Shown here: piece by piece, positions 18,921-27,683 of the stretch | Position numbering within the stretch: the first letter of the stretch is position 1 | Layout: the number at the start of each line of letters is the position of its first letter | Source: an uncultured bacterium | GTDB lineage: Bacteria > Margulisbacteria > WOR-1 > CAVSGV01 | DNA: 32,000 nucleotides | Direction: 5' to 3' | NCBI GenBank assembly: GCA_963699255.1 | Contig: OY969425.1 | Location: 420,001 to 452,000 of the forward strand | Notes under the pieces: model-generated | Told to the model about the DNA's origin: nothing | Database searches by the model: none | The model's input: only the letters and a program-made list of their open reading frames with translations | Program-made: the position numbers and the translations under genes

Positions 18921-19885
18921 CAGAAGAAAAAGAACCGCCTTTTCATTTCATATGAACCGGCAAGCTTTTCTATTGCATCAGCCGCGGATCTCGTGGCGTA
19001 GCCGAGGTTGTAAAAAGATCTCCATTTCCAGTAATCCCTCAAGAATTTGTATTTATCGGGTTCGTTCAAAGCTTTTTTCACGGCTCGGGGCAAAGTTCCC
19101 CGGGTAGCGAATTCCCCGATCTGGAATATCCCGTAATGGCTCGCGGGCTCTTCCCATATGCCGTATTGCTGCCTGTCCCCGGTCATGTCTATCTGGACCA
19201 TTGGTTTATCAAGGATGGCGAATTCGATCATGATCGATGAAATATCTCCTATCAATAAGTCCGCCGCCAGCAAATATTTGTTCTTGTTCGGCTGCTTTAT
19301 CACTTTTTTACCCTCAAGTTTATGGAACATCTTGTCGTATTCATGGAGGCATAACAGGAGGTTCTTGAAGCCAAGGGCTTCAACCTCCGGAAGGGCATCG
19401 ATGCTGCCTTTTCTTTTTGCATCCTTATCGTCCCAGGAAGGAGCGAATATCACGATGGGTTCTTTGGGATCCAGCCCCAGTTCATTGATCACCTGATCTC
19501 TGGTGCTTTTCCCGTTCACCAGCTCATCGCTTTTCGGGAATCCGATCTCGATGTTGTTTTTGAACCGGGGAAAAACATGTTCCATCCTTTCCTTCCATAT
19601 CGGGCCGGTCATCAGCATGAAATCGGTCTTGGTATGGATCTGGTAGAGGGTGGTCTTTACAACGGCGACACCGTGCGGCATGAAAAATATCGGCCTTTTG
19701 AGCTTCTGGATTATCCCCGGATTCATATAGAGGACGCTTGCTATCAGCGTTCCGTCGATCTCATTTTTCGGAAAAGGCGTCCTCTCGCCCTGAAGTATCG
19801 CATGTCCGCGCTTTTTCAGCTCTTCTTCCACGGGCGTGAGGCAGGCTCTCTGGTACGGTTTATCGGAAAGGCTTTGAAGCTTCAA
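18920..19885 (-). CDS. CDP-glycerol glycerophosphotransferase-like GT-B protein
   Basis: 321 aa; FFMPHGVAVVKTTL, IVIFAPSWDDKDAKRKGS, LLAADLLIGDISSIMIEFAILDKPMVQIDM. Confidence 0.75.
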   Translation of the reverse strand: MKLQSLSDKPYQRACLTPVEEELKKRGHAILQGERTPFPKNEIDGTLIASVLYMNPGIIQKLKRPIFFMPHGVAVVKTTLYQIHTKTDFMLMTGPIWKERMEHVFPRFKNNIEIGFPKSDELVNGKSTRDQVINELGLDPKEPIVIFAPSWDDKDAKRKGSIDALPEVEALGFKNLLLCLHEYDKMFHKLEGKKVIKQPNKNKYLLAADLLIGDISSIMIEFAILDKPMVQIDMTGDRQQYGIWEEPASHYGIFQIGEFATRGTLPRAVKKALNEPDKYKFLRDYWKWRSFYNLGYATRSAADAIEKLAGSYEMKRRFFFF

Positions 19886-19913
19886 TCTTTCATTTTCCTT
19901 TCATGAAATCATT

Positions 19914-19985
19914 GGAACCCGCGACTAAAAGTCGCGGTTCCATGTAAAAACACTTGGAACCGAGAGTTTCACTCTCAGGTTCCAA
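19914..19985. repeat. Two adjacent inverted repeats (hairpins); the second contains the rfbH-like stop codon and is followed by a T-run on the minus strand (possible terminator)
   Basis: 19914-19941: ggaacccgcgact-aaa-agtcgcggttcc. 19954-19985: ttggaacc-gagagt-ttc-actctc-a-ggttccaa. On the minus strand the second is followed by GTGTTTTTAC. Confidence 0.85.
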
Positions 19986-21300
19986 AGTCTGCCATGAACT
20001 CATCAAAAACTTTGACGATGTACCGCAGCTTTTGTTCTGTGATCCCCGGGTAAACGCCTATCCAGAAAAGAGCGTTCATCACCGTGTCCGTATTCTTCAG
20101 ACCGCCCGAGATCCTGCATTTAATGTCAAGGTATGCCGGCTGTTTGGTCAGGTTCCCGCCGAACATCATCCTTGTCGCGATCTTTCTGCTCTCAAGAAAG
20201 TTTACTATATCCGCTCTCGTGAAAGGAGCATTCTTTTTCACGAGTATCGGGAATCCGAACCAGCTTGGTTCGGAGTGTTCTTCGGGGTGGGGAAGAAGGA
20301 GATATTTATCATATCCTCGAGATTTGAGACTTGAGATCAGAGATCTGAAGTTATTCTTCCTAGCTTTTATGAATCCCGGAAGCTTCTCAAGCTGCGCTAC
20401 TCCTATCGCAGCCTGCATATCGGTGATCTTAAAATTATATCCTATGTGAGAATAAACGTATTTATGGTCATAACCGAAAGGAAGTTTTCCGAATTGCTGG
20501 GAGAATCGCTTCCCGCAGGTATCGTCATGGCCCGGCTCGCACCAGCAGTCACGTCCCCAGTCGCGGAAAGACATCACTATCTTTTTTAGAAGGGGATCGT
20601 TCGTGAGCACAGCCCCTCCTTCTCCCGTCGTGATGTGATGGGGCGGATAGAAACTGCAGGTCGCCAGATGCCCGAAAGTGCCGGTATATCTGCCCCTGTA
20701 TTTTGAGCCAAGTGCATCGCAGTTGTCTTCTATGACCCAGAGCCTATGCTTTTTTGCGACCTTCATTATCTTATCGAGATCGACCGGATTTCCGAGAGTG
20801 TGGGCGACGAATATCGCCTTTGTTTTTTTAGAGATGGATTTTTCAATGATGTCCGCGTCAATGTTGTATGTGCCAAGCTCAACGTCAACGAAAACAGGGA
20901 CAAGATTATTTTGAAGGATCGGGTTCAGTGTTGTAGGAAAACCGCAGGCAACGGTTATTACCTCATCGCCGGGAACGAGCCTTCTTTTGCCAAGCTTCGG
21001 AGAAGTTAATGCTGACATAGCTAGGAGATTCGCCGATGAGCCGGAATTGACAAGCATGCAGTATTTGACGCCGAGTAAACGGGCGAGTTTCTTTTCGAAT
21101 TCGGCGGCGAACCTTCCGGCCGTGAGCCAGAAATCGAGCGATGAATCGACAAGATTAATCATTTCTTTTTCGTCATAAACCCGGCCTGAGTAATTTATCA
21201 TCGTTTTGCCCGGCAGGAATTTCTCCCCGATTTTTCTCTCCCTATGCAGCCTTTTTACCTTCTCAAATATCTCTTCGCGCAGTTTTTTCTCAGAGTTCAC
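19975..21300 (-). CDS. rfbH: RfbH-like CDP-6-deoxy-4-hexulose-3-dehydrase (E1-type, DegT/DnrJ/EryC1/StrS fold)
   Basis: 441 aa; [79 protein letters not shown] (His at the usual PLP-lysine position), [31 protein letters not shown]. Confidence 0.93.
   Translation of the reverse strand: MNSEKKLREEIFEKVKRLHRERKIGEKFLPGKTMINYSGRVYDEKEMINLVDSSLDFWLTAGRFAAEFEKKLARLLGVKYCMLVNSGSSANLLAMSALTSPKLGKRRLVPGDEVITVACGFPTTLNPILQNNLVPVFVDVELGTYNIDADIIEKSISKKTKAIFVAHTLGNPVDLDKIMKVAKKHRLWVIEDNCDALGSKYRGRYTGTFGHLATCSFYPPHHITTGEGGAVLTNDPLLKKIVMSFRDWGRDCWCEPGHDDTCGKRFSQQFGKLPFGYDHKYVYSHIGYNFKITDMQAAIGVAQLEKLPGFIKARKNNFRSLISSLKSRGYDKYLLLPHPEEHSEPSWFGFPILVKKNAPFTRADIVNFLESRKIATRMMFGGNLTKQPAYLDIKCRISGGLKNTDTVMNALFWIGVYPGITEQKLRYIVKVFDEFMADFGT
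20319..20346. repeat. Four-unit heptamer array inside the rfbH-like coding sequence
   Basis: gagattt gagactt gagatca gagatct, immediately preceded by cctc, as in the 14825 array. Confidence 0.75.
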
Positions 21301-21312
21301 GCTATCCGCCTT

Positions 21313-22257
21313 TCATTCATCGCACTTGGTCGTTTTGCAGTACTTCATGTATTCATCTTTTTCGATCGTTTTTCTGTCTATGTCGGGCAGGATCGAGCTG
21401 TAATATTGGAACAGTTCTTTCAAGGCGCTGTCCAGCGGAGTGAATTTAAAGCTGATCTCCTTTTGAAGCCTGGAATTGCTGCCGCTGTACTCCTTGCCCA
21501 GTCCGGGGTTCTTCACGATTATTTCGGACCTGAAGCCCGATATTTCATTGATCTTGTTCGCGATCGTCTTAAGGTCGACGGTGGCCCCGGTCGTCAGGTT
21601 ATATATATTGAATTTCGGCGAGTTCGACAGGAAACGCTCGACTATCTTTACAGCGTCATTGATGTACATGTAATCGAATCTGACGTTTTGATTTATCACT
21701 ATTGGAAGCTTTAAAAGGTTCTTTACTATCGCGTTCGATATGAATTTATATTCGTAGTCCTCATATCTGCCGAACATCCCGAATATGCGAAGGTTGAATA
21801 TGTTCTTTGACTTCTCCGCGAACTTTGAGCAGACATATTTGGAAAAGCTGTAATCATCAGCAGGGATGTGGTTGCCGAAGTAATCCTCGCTCATGCCCGG
21901 TTTGTAATTCTGCCTGTCATACTCCGCGCCGCTCCCGAAAAAGATCAGGCGCCGGTCATTATCCATAGCCTGGACAAGATCGAAGAACATGCGCAGGTTG
22001 GATGAAACAATGTCCGTTTTGCCGGCGTCATAACCGGTTTTTCTTGAGCCGCCGACGCTGGCGCAGTGGATGATGACGTCGATATTGCATTTTTTTATGA
22101 AACTTGAGACTTTGTCGGGGTCAGCCAGCTCCAGGTCTTTGTGATAAGGATAAAATAATGCATATTTTGACTGGAACTGGCCTAGATATTCCACCAGGTT
22201 CCTGCCCACGAATCCGCGGGCGCCCGTTATGAAAAGGTTCAGTTTCTTTTCGCTCAT
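21313..22257 (-). CDS. NAD-dependent epimerase/reductase family protein
   Basis: 314 aa; LFITGARGFVGRNLVEYLG, LIFFGSGAEYD, YSFSKYVCSKFAE, NLRIFGMFGRYEDY, FDYMYINDAVKIVERFL. Confidence 0.88.
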   Translation of the reverse strand: MSEKKLNLFITGARGFVGRNLVEYLGQFQSKYALFYPYHKDLELADPDKVSSFIKKCNIDVIIHCASVGGSRKTGYDAGKTDIVSSNLRMFFDLVQAMDNDRRLIFFGSGAEYDRQNYKPGMSEDYFGNHIPADDYSFSKYVCSKFAEKSKNIFNLRIFGMFGRYEDYEYKFISNAIVKNLLKLPIVINQNVRFDYMYINDAVKIVERFLSNSPKFNIYNLTTGATVDLKTIANKINEISGFRSEIIVKNPGLGKEYSGSNSRLQKEISFKFTPLDSALKELFQYYSSILPDIDRKTIEKDEYMKYCKTTKCDE

Positions 22258-22265
22258 TTTATGCC

Positions 22266-23195
22266 TTAAAAGTTTATTCTTTCCTTTTCGATCACCAGGG
22301 GCCTCTTTAGCACCTGGGTGTGTATCGATCCGATATATTCGCCCAGGATGCCTATAAAGAAAAGCTGGACGGACGCGAACAGGAAGAACCCTATGACCAG
22401 CGGCGCGATACCCACGGAAAAACTGCTCCAGAAGATTAACTTGTATATAAGATAACAGAAGCTCACCAATATGCAGGTAATGGACGACAGGAAGCCGACC
22501 ATTGTGGCTATCCTCAACGGGACTTTTGAATGATTGGTAATGCCAAGGATCGCCATGTCGTAAAGTATGTAGAAGTTGTTCTTTGTGGACCCTTTCTTCC
22601 TGACCGGCTGGGTGAACTCGACTTTCGCCACATCAAAACCTATGTCCGCGATCAATCCCCTGAAATAAGGGTATGGATCGTCTATCTCCCTCAGTATCTC
22701 TATCACTTTTTTATCATAAAGGCCGAATCCCGTGAAATTCTGTATCTGGTCGATCTCCGATAGTCTGCTGATGAGCCGGTAAAAGAACCTGCGAAAAGCG
22801 AACATGAGAGGGAATTCGTTGCTCCTTTTTTTGATCCCCACTACCACCTTATATCCTTCTTCCCATTTCTTAATAAATTCAGGGATAAGGGCAGGGGGGT
22901 CCTGAAGGTCCGAGGCCATGCCGATGACCGCGTCGCCGCTGCCCTGAAGGATGCCGTAGAACGGGGAGCGTATGTGCCCGAAATTGCGGGCGTTGACTAT
23001 TATCTTAAGGTTCTTGTCCTTTGCCGCCAGTTCTTTTAATATCGGCACGGTCCTGTCGGTGGAAGCGTTATCTATGAAGATGTGCTCGTATGAATAGTTC
23101 TTAAGCCCCGTGAATACCTCTTTCACCTTCATATATACGTCCCTTACGTTCGCCTCTTCATTATAACAGTATGTTACCACGCTGATTGATTTCAT
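22266..23195 (-). CDS. GT2-family glycosyltransferase with C-terminal TM segments (DPM1/GtrB-like)
   Basis: 309 aa; ISVVTYCYNEEANVRDVYMKVKEVF, FIDNASTDRTVPILKELA, GDAVIGMASDLQDPP, hydrophobic C-terminal segments LFFWSSFSVGIAPLVIGFFLFASVQLFFIGILGEYIG-like. Confidence 0.92.
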   Translation of the reverse strand: MKSISVVTYCYNEEANVRDVYMKVKEVFTGLKNYSYEHIFIDNASTDRTVPILKELAAKDKNLKIIVNARNFGHIRSPFYGILQGSGDAVIGMASDLQDPPALIPEFIKKWEEGYKVVVGIKKRSNEFPLMFAFRRFFYRLISRLSEIDQIQNFTGFGLYDKKVIEILREIDDPYPYFRGLIADIGFDVAKVEFTQPVRKKGSTKNNFYILYDMAILGITNHSKVPLRIATMVGFLSSITCILVSFCYLIYKLIFWSSFSVGIAPLVIGFFLFASVQLFFIGILGEYIGSIHTQVLKRPLVIEKERINF

Positions 23196-23207
23196 TTTTA
23201 TCTCCTT

Positions 23208-25004
23208 TTATTCCTTGATTGGATGAATGATCATTTCTTTCCTGAACTCTTCCCTCGGAAGGAACGGATACATGTCTTCCAGGGGCATTGAGACCATGGT
23301 CCCGTCGTCTTTCCTGCGGCTGGACACCGTCGGGATGACTTCCTGATCCCTGTCACAGAAGACCTCGCATATCACCGGTGAGTCGTATTTTATCATCATT
23401 TTTATGGTTTTTTCGAGTTCGCCGGACGTTCTTACGGATAAATACTTTATCCCGTATGCCTGGACGATCTTTTTTGTGCTGGGAAAAGACACGCCTGAGG
23501 AGCTATCTGTGCCGATAAGCCTTCCATCGAAGAACTTGGTCTGAGTCGCCCTGATCGAAAGATAGCCGTCGTTGTTCCATATGAAAAGTTTTATGGGGAG
23601 TTTATGGTGTACTATGGTCTGAAGCTCCTGGATGTTCATCTGAAAGGATCCGTCCCCGGTTATCCCGAACACTTCACGCCTGGTCTTTGCGAAACAAACG
23701 CCGATGCACGCAGGGACTGTGTATCCCATCTCTCCCTGCGCGCTTGAGGTGATATATCTTTGATCGTTCTTCAGTTTAATGCCCTGAGCTATGACGTAGG
23801 ATGTCGATCCCGCGTCGGCGATGACCACCGAATCCTTTTTTAAGAGATTTGACAGGGTTTCAATGAAATAATAAGTATTTATCCCTTTCCTGTCATTTTT
23901 ATATGAGGTCTGGTAGACGGGCCATTTCTTTTTCCAGCTTGAGCATTTATCCGACCATTTTTTCAATTCGGGCTTATCGGCGATCTTCAGTTTATCAATG
24001 AATCGTTTAGCGTCGGCGTTAATGAAGATGTCTATGCGGACGGTATTTTTTTTGTGTTCAACTGGATCTATGTCCACGACGACGATTTTTGCTTCCCTGG
24101 CGAACGTCTCGTATTCATGGCCGGTAGAGCTGACGCTCAGCCTGCTGCCGATAGCAATGACCAGGTCCGCGTTCTGGACGGCGAAATTCCCGGCGCGGTC
24201 GCCCTTGTTGCCGATCTTTCCGATGAACAGGGGATGGGCGGTGGGAATAAGTCCGATCCCCAGCCTTGATGCTACGACGGGGATGCCGGAGGTTTCCACA
24301 TAACGGGAGAATTCCTTTATGGCACCAGCGAGCCGTATCCCGCCCCCCGCCAAAATTACAGGCCTTTTTGATTTCGCTATTAATTCAGAAACTTTGTTCA
24401 TTTCGTCGTCGGTGGGGTCTTCCTTATAATCTTTTTTGATCTGTTTTTCCGAGAATCTCGGCAGTTCGTCCTCATCAATGACAGCGCCCTGGACATCAAG
24501 AGGGATATCCAGCCACACGGGGCCCGGCCTGCCGGACCTGGCCAGATAGACTGCCTTATCTATGTGATAGGCGATCTGTTTCGGATCGTTCACCATTTCG
24601 GCGTATTTCGTGATCGGCCTGACGATCGAGACTATGTCCGCTTCCTGCACTCCGAGCTGCCTCAACGGAAGGCCCGAATTCATTATCGTCTCTTTCCTTT
24701 TGCATTGTCCGGAGATGAACATGCAGGGGACATTATCCTGCCACGCGCCCAGGAGGCCGGTTATGGCGTTCGTCGCGCCGCAGCCTGTGGTGACATAGGC
24801 AACGCCGAAGTTCCCGTTATATTTAGCGTAAGATTCGGCTGCCATCGCGGATGCCTGTTCGTGGTGATTGCATATGGCTTTCAGATGCGGATGTTTTGCT
24901 ATGCCGTCCGAAAGGAACATCATTCCTCCGCCCGAGACCATGAACACTTCTTTAACCCCGAGCTTATATATACGGTCAGCGATGTAATCCGCGACCCTCA
25001 TCAT
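23208..25004 (-). CDS. Thiamine-pyrophosphate-dependent enzyme (acetolactate synthase-like)
   Basis: MMRVADYIADRIYKLGVKEVFMVSGGGMMFL, AICNHHEQASAMAAESYAKYNGNFGVAYVTTGCGATNAITGLLGAW, GDGSFQMNIQELQTIVHHKLPIKLFIWNNDGYLSI. The ORF track start is 25067; ATG at 25004 gives an ATGA overlap with the upstream gene. Confidence 0.92.
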   Translation of the reverse strand: MMRVADYIADRIYKLGVKEVFMVSGGGMMFLSDGIAKHPHLKAICNHHEQASAMAAESYAKYNGNFGVAYVTTGCGATNAITGLLGAWQDNVPCMFISGQCKRKETIMNSGLPLRQLGVQEADIVSIVRPITKYAEMVNDPKQIAYHIDKAVYLARSGRPGPVWLDIPLDVQGAVIDEDELPRFSEKQIKKDYKEDPTDDEMNKVSELIAKSKRPVILAGGGIRLAGAIKEFSRYVETSGIPVVASRLGIGLIPTAHPLFIGKIGNKGDRAGNFAVQNADLVIAIGSRLSVSSTGHEYETFAREAKIVVVDIDPVEHKKNTVRIDIFINADAKRFIDKLKIADKPELKKWSDKCSSWKKKWPVYQTSYKNDRKGINTYYFIETLSNLLKKDSVVIADAGSTSYVIAQGIKLKNDQRYITSSAQGEMGYTVPACIGVCFAKTRREVFGITGDGSFQMNIQELQTIVHHKLPIKLFIWNNDGYLSIRATQTKFFDGRLIGTDSSSGVSFPSTKKIVQAYGIKYLSVRTSGELEKTIKMMIKYDSPVICEVFCDRDQEVIPTVSSRRKDDGTMVSMPLEDMYPFLPREEFRKEMIIHPIKE

Positions 25005-25732
25005 TTTTGTTTCTCCAGTATTTTTGAGATCGTTGCCTGGTCCCTGCTGTTGTCCAGGGGACGCCATATGCCGTTGAATCGGAAAGCAAAAAGTTCCTTC
25101 CTGGCGACGAGGTCCTCAAGAACGTCTTTTTCGAACACGCAGGAAGGAGAGCCCGAAAGCTTGTTCGATCTGAATATGGTCGAATTGAGGAAGTAAAAAC
25201 CTCCGTTTATGTAATCCTTTTCGAGTATCGGTTTTTCAGACAGCCCTTTGACGATATCCTCGTCGTCAACAAGCCCCAATATCCTGAACCTGGTGGGATT
25301 GTGTACGGCAAGGAGGGTAGCGGTCTTGCCGTGCGAAAGGTGGAAAGCAAGCTCTTCCTTCAGGTCCACATCGGAAAAAGTGTCGCCGTATGTCATGCAG
25401 AATGTCGGAGCAGAAATAAGGTCTTTGACCTGCGCAAGGCGTGAACCCGTCAGGTTATCTGTTCCGGTATCAACGGTCTTGATGTCCCATTCTTTCGGCA
25501 GAGATGATATATATTTTTTTATCATTTCGCCGCCGAAGCCGGTGCAGAGGATGAATTTTCGAAAACCCGCGTCGGCATAATGCCGGAATATATATTTAAG
25601 TATCGGAGTGCCGTTCATTTCCACCATCGGCTTCGGGATCACCTTGCCGTTGGGGCCCAGGTTTATGCCTCTTCCTCCCGCCAATATCACAACGGGCATT
25701 TCTTTTATCATCTTATCAAGTCCTTCGCTCAT
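25001..25732 (-). CDS. RfbF-like sugar-1-phosphate nucleotidyltransferase (diverged paralog)
   Basis: 243 aa; VVILAGGRGINLGPNGKVIPKPMVEMNGTPILKYIFRHYADAGFRKFILCTGFGGEMIKKYI, VDTGTDNLTGSRLAQVKD, FCMTYGDTFSDVDL, YINGGFYFL. Confidence 0.87.
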   Translation of the reverse strand: MSEGLDKMIKEMPVVILAGGRGINLGPNGKVIPKPMVEMNGTPILKYIFRHYADAGFRKFILCTGFGGEMIKKYISSLPKEWDIKTVDTGTDNLTGSRLAQVKDLISAPTFCMTYGDTFSDVDLKEELAFHLSHGKTATLLAVHNPTRFRILGLVDDEDIVKGLSEKPILEKDYINGGFYFLNSTIFRSNKLSGSPSCVFEKDVLEDLVARKELFAFRFNGIWRPLDNSRDQATISKILEKQK

Positions 25733-25742
25733 ACGTCCTCCT

Positions 25743-26570
25743 TCAGTTCAGGGGTTTAAGATCTGCGAGTCCGGCGTTCCTCAACATTTCAGCGAGTTCA
25801 TCGATGGCATCCGGACATCCAACGGCAAAATTCACCTTGCTTGAACCCTCCAGGCATTCATAGTATACCTTTGCTCCTGCCCTTTTAGCTACAGAAATGG
25901 CTCCCGCCACATCCCAGACCCTGTTCGCTATGCCGTAGGCGGCCTGAAGCCTGCCGGACGCGACGTAGCATATGTTAACGGATGCCGAACCAAGCCTGAG
26001 GCAACCGCGGCTGGCGTCGTTCACGTTTCCGAAAAACTTATATTCGTTCCTTCTTTTATCGTCATCCGAGTGGTTCCCCGAGAAACTCGCGACGACAAGC
26101 GAGTCTTTGAGCCTGGCAGGGGACAGCCGCAGTCTTTTACCGTTCTTGTAAGCGCCTTCATCTCCCATCGTGAAATATATTTCTTTCAATGCCGGCAGGG
26201 CCACGGCTCCAACGAGGAATTTGTTCCCCTCTATCAGCCCGACAGAAGAGGAATAAAAGGGGATCGAGGATATGAAATTCGTCGTGCCGTCAATAGGATC
26301 TACCATCCAAACCGGAGCATGAGCGGGGAGAACAAGGGCATCGCCCTTTGTCGATTCTTCTCCCACTATGCCGTATTTTGAGACTGAAAGGATCTTTTTA
26401 ATGTGTTGTTCTATGGCGATGTCCAGCTCCGTTACAATGTCCCTGTAGCTGCTTTTCGTCGAGACGGCCAGTCCTTCCGTGTGCGTTTCTTCTATTATGT
26501 CCGCGCTGGTGGAGACGGCTTTCAGCGCGAGCTCTGATTCATTCATCCATTTGAAATCCATTTTCATCAC
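25743..26570 (-). CDS. Inositol monophosphatase family protein (SuhB/CysQ/HisN-like)
   Basis: 275 aa; VTELDIAIEQHIKKIL, GIVGEES, VWMVDPIDGTTNFISSIPFYSSSVGL, NRVWDVAGAISVAKRAGAKV. Confidence 0.92.
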   Translation of the reverse strand: MMKMDFKWMNESELALKAVSTSADIIEETHTEGLAVSTKSSYRDIVTELDIAIEQHIKKILSVSKYGIVGEESTKGDALVLPAHAPVWMVDPIDGTTNFISSIPFYSSSVGLIEGNKFLVGAVALPALKEIYFTMGDEGAYKNGKRLRLSPARLKDSLVVASFSGNHSDDDKRRNEYKFFGNVNDASRGCLRLGSASVNICYVASGRLQAAYGIANRVWDVAGAISVAKRAGAKVYYECLEGSSKVNFAVGCPDAIDELAEMLRNAGLADLKPLN

Positions 26571-27679
26571 TTTCTTGATCTCTCTATCAGGGCCTCAAGC
26601 TCTGATACGATCTTCGGCAGCCTCTCCCTCATTACTATCTCAAGGGCTTCGCCTTTTCTTAAACCGAGGATATAGGTCAAGAGAAATTTTGGAGATAAGG
26701 TCTTTCTTAAGAAGCTCAGGTGTCTGTCTTCGTCAGCCTCGTTCTCAAAGAGAAGCGCACTCGTAATGCCGGTCAGGATGTTCCGCGGCGTGAATCCGAG
26801 AGAAAGACATATCTGCGCGGCCCCGATCAATCTGCCTTCCAGATCAAGCTTCCTGAGAGGTTCCCTTGCCACACGGGATATGGGATCGTGCAGAAGGACG
26901 TTCGAGAACCTCTGGAGCTCTTTTTCCGCGTACCAGTCAAGGAACGAGTGGGGGATGTCCCATTTCAGCTTGAGAGCCGTCAGCATCTCCTTCATAGCTC
27001 CGGAAACTATTTTCCTGTTGTCGGGATAATTCATTGATTCGTGTATGTAAGTCGCTCCCACCAGCGCTCCCAGATATGCCGTTATGCAGTGAGGCGTGTT
27101 ATGCAGGTACAGCTTTGCGGTCCATTGTTTGTTCAGCTCCGCCTGAGTGCAGAAATTCATATTTCCTTTTATGCCCTTTGCCCCTTCATCAATGAACATT
27201 ACTCCGTCCTCGGTTATTATTGAAAGAGGGTCTTTGGCCAGTAACTCGGCGGATGCCGTGTTGGACGTGATTACGTCGGGCACCGCAAAATACACCCTTT
27301 CATAGTTCAATGCGTTCCGGACCAGCGTGACGGTCTGGGGATCGTTCTCGCTGAGTATGACGGGACATTTCACGCCGGTAAGGCAGGCGGCGGCGGAAAG
27401 CGCGTTACGCGGACCCACGTTCATGAAAACGGCCTCGGCTCTAGTATGGTCGGACATCCGGAACTCAGAATGGTGATAAGCGGCTTTTACGTTCACAATC
27501 AGTTCTTCAAGCTTGTTGTTCTTTGCCTTATAAGAGTGGTATTTTTTCCGTTCGTTGAGGCTTTTCACCAGATCCCTGTTGGCATCGACGAAAATGAATT
27601 CATACTGTCCTTTTTCAAATATCCAAGGGAGGTAGCCTCTACCGATCGCCCCGGCGCCGAGAATGATGATTTCTTTCAT
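26567..27679 (-). CDS. Mannitol dehydrogenase-family oxidoreductase (mannitol-1-phosphate 5-dehydrogenase-like)
   Basis: MKEIIILGAGAIGRGYLPWIFEKGQYEFIFVDAN, VFMNVGPRNA, KLYLHNTPHCITAYLGALVGATYIHESM. The ORF track start is 27745; the internal ATG at 27679 fits the N-terminal Rossmann motif and avoids overlap with the upstream gene. Confidence 0.8.
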   Translation of the reverse strand: MKEIIILGAGAIGRGYLPWIFEKGQYEFIFVDANRDLVKSLNERKKYHSYKAKNNKLEELIVNVKAAYHHSEFRMSDHTRAEAVFMNVGPRNALSAAACLTGVKCPVILSENDPQTVTLVRNALNYERVYFAVPDVITSNTASAELLAKDPLSIITEDGVMFIDEGAKGIKGNMNFCTQAELNKQWTAKLYLHNTPHCITAYLGALVGATYIHESMNYPDNRKIVSGAMKEMLTALKLKWDIPHSFLDWYAEKELQRFSNVLLHDPISRVAREPLRKLDLEGRLIGAAQICLSLGFTPRNILTGITSALLFENEADEDRHLSFLRKTLSPKFLLTYILGLRKGEALEIVMRERLPKIVSELEALIERSRK

Positions 27680-27683
27680 GTTA

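Noticed and set aside
24564-25196. 210 aa plus-strand ORF
   Set aside because: Antisense across the junction of two well-supported minus-strand genes; no supporting motif.
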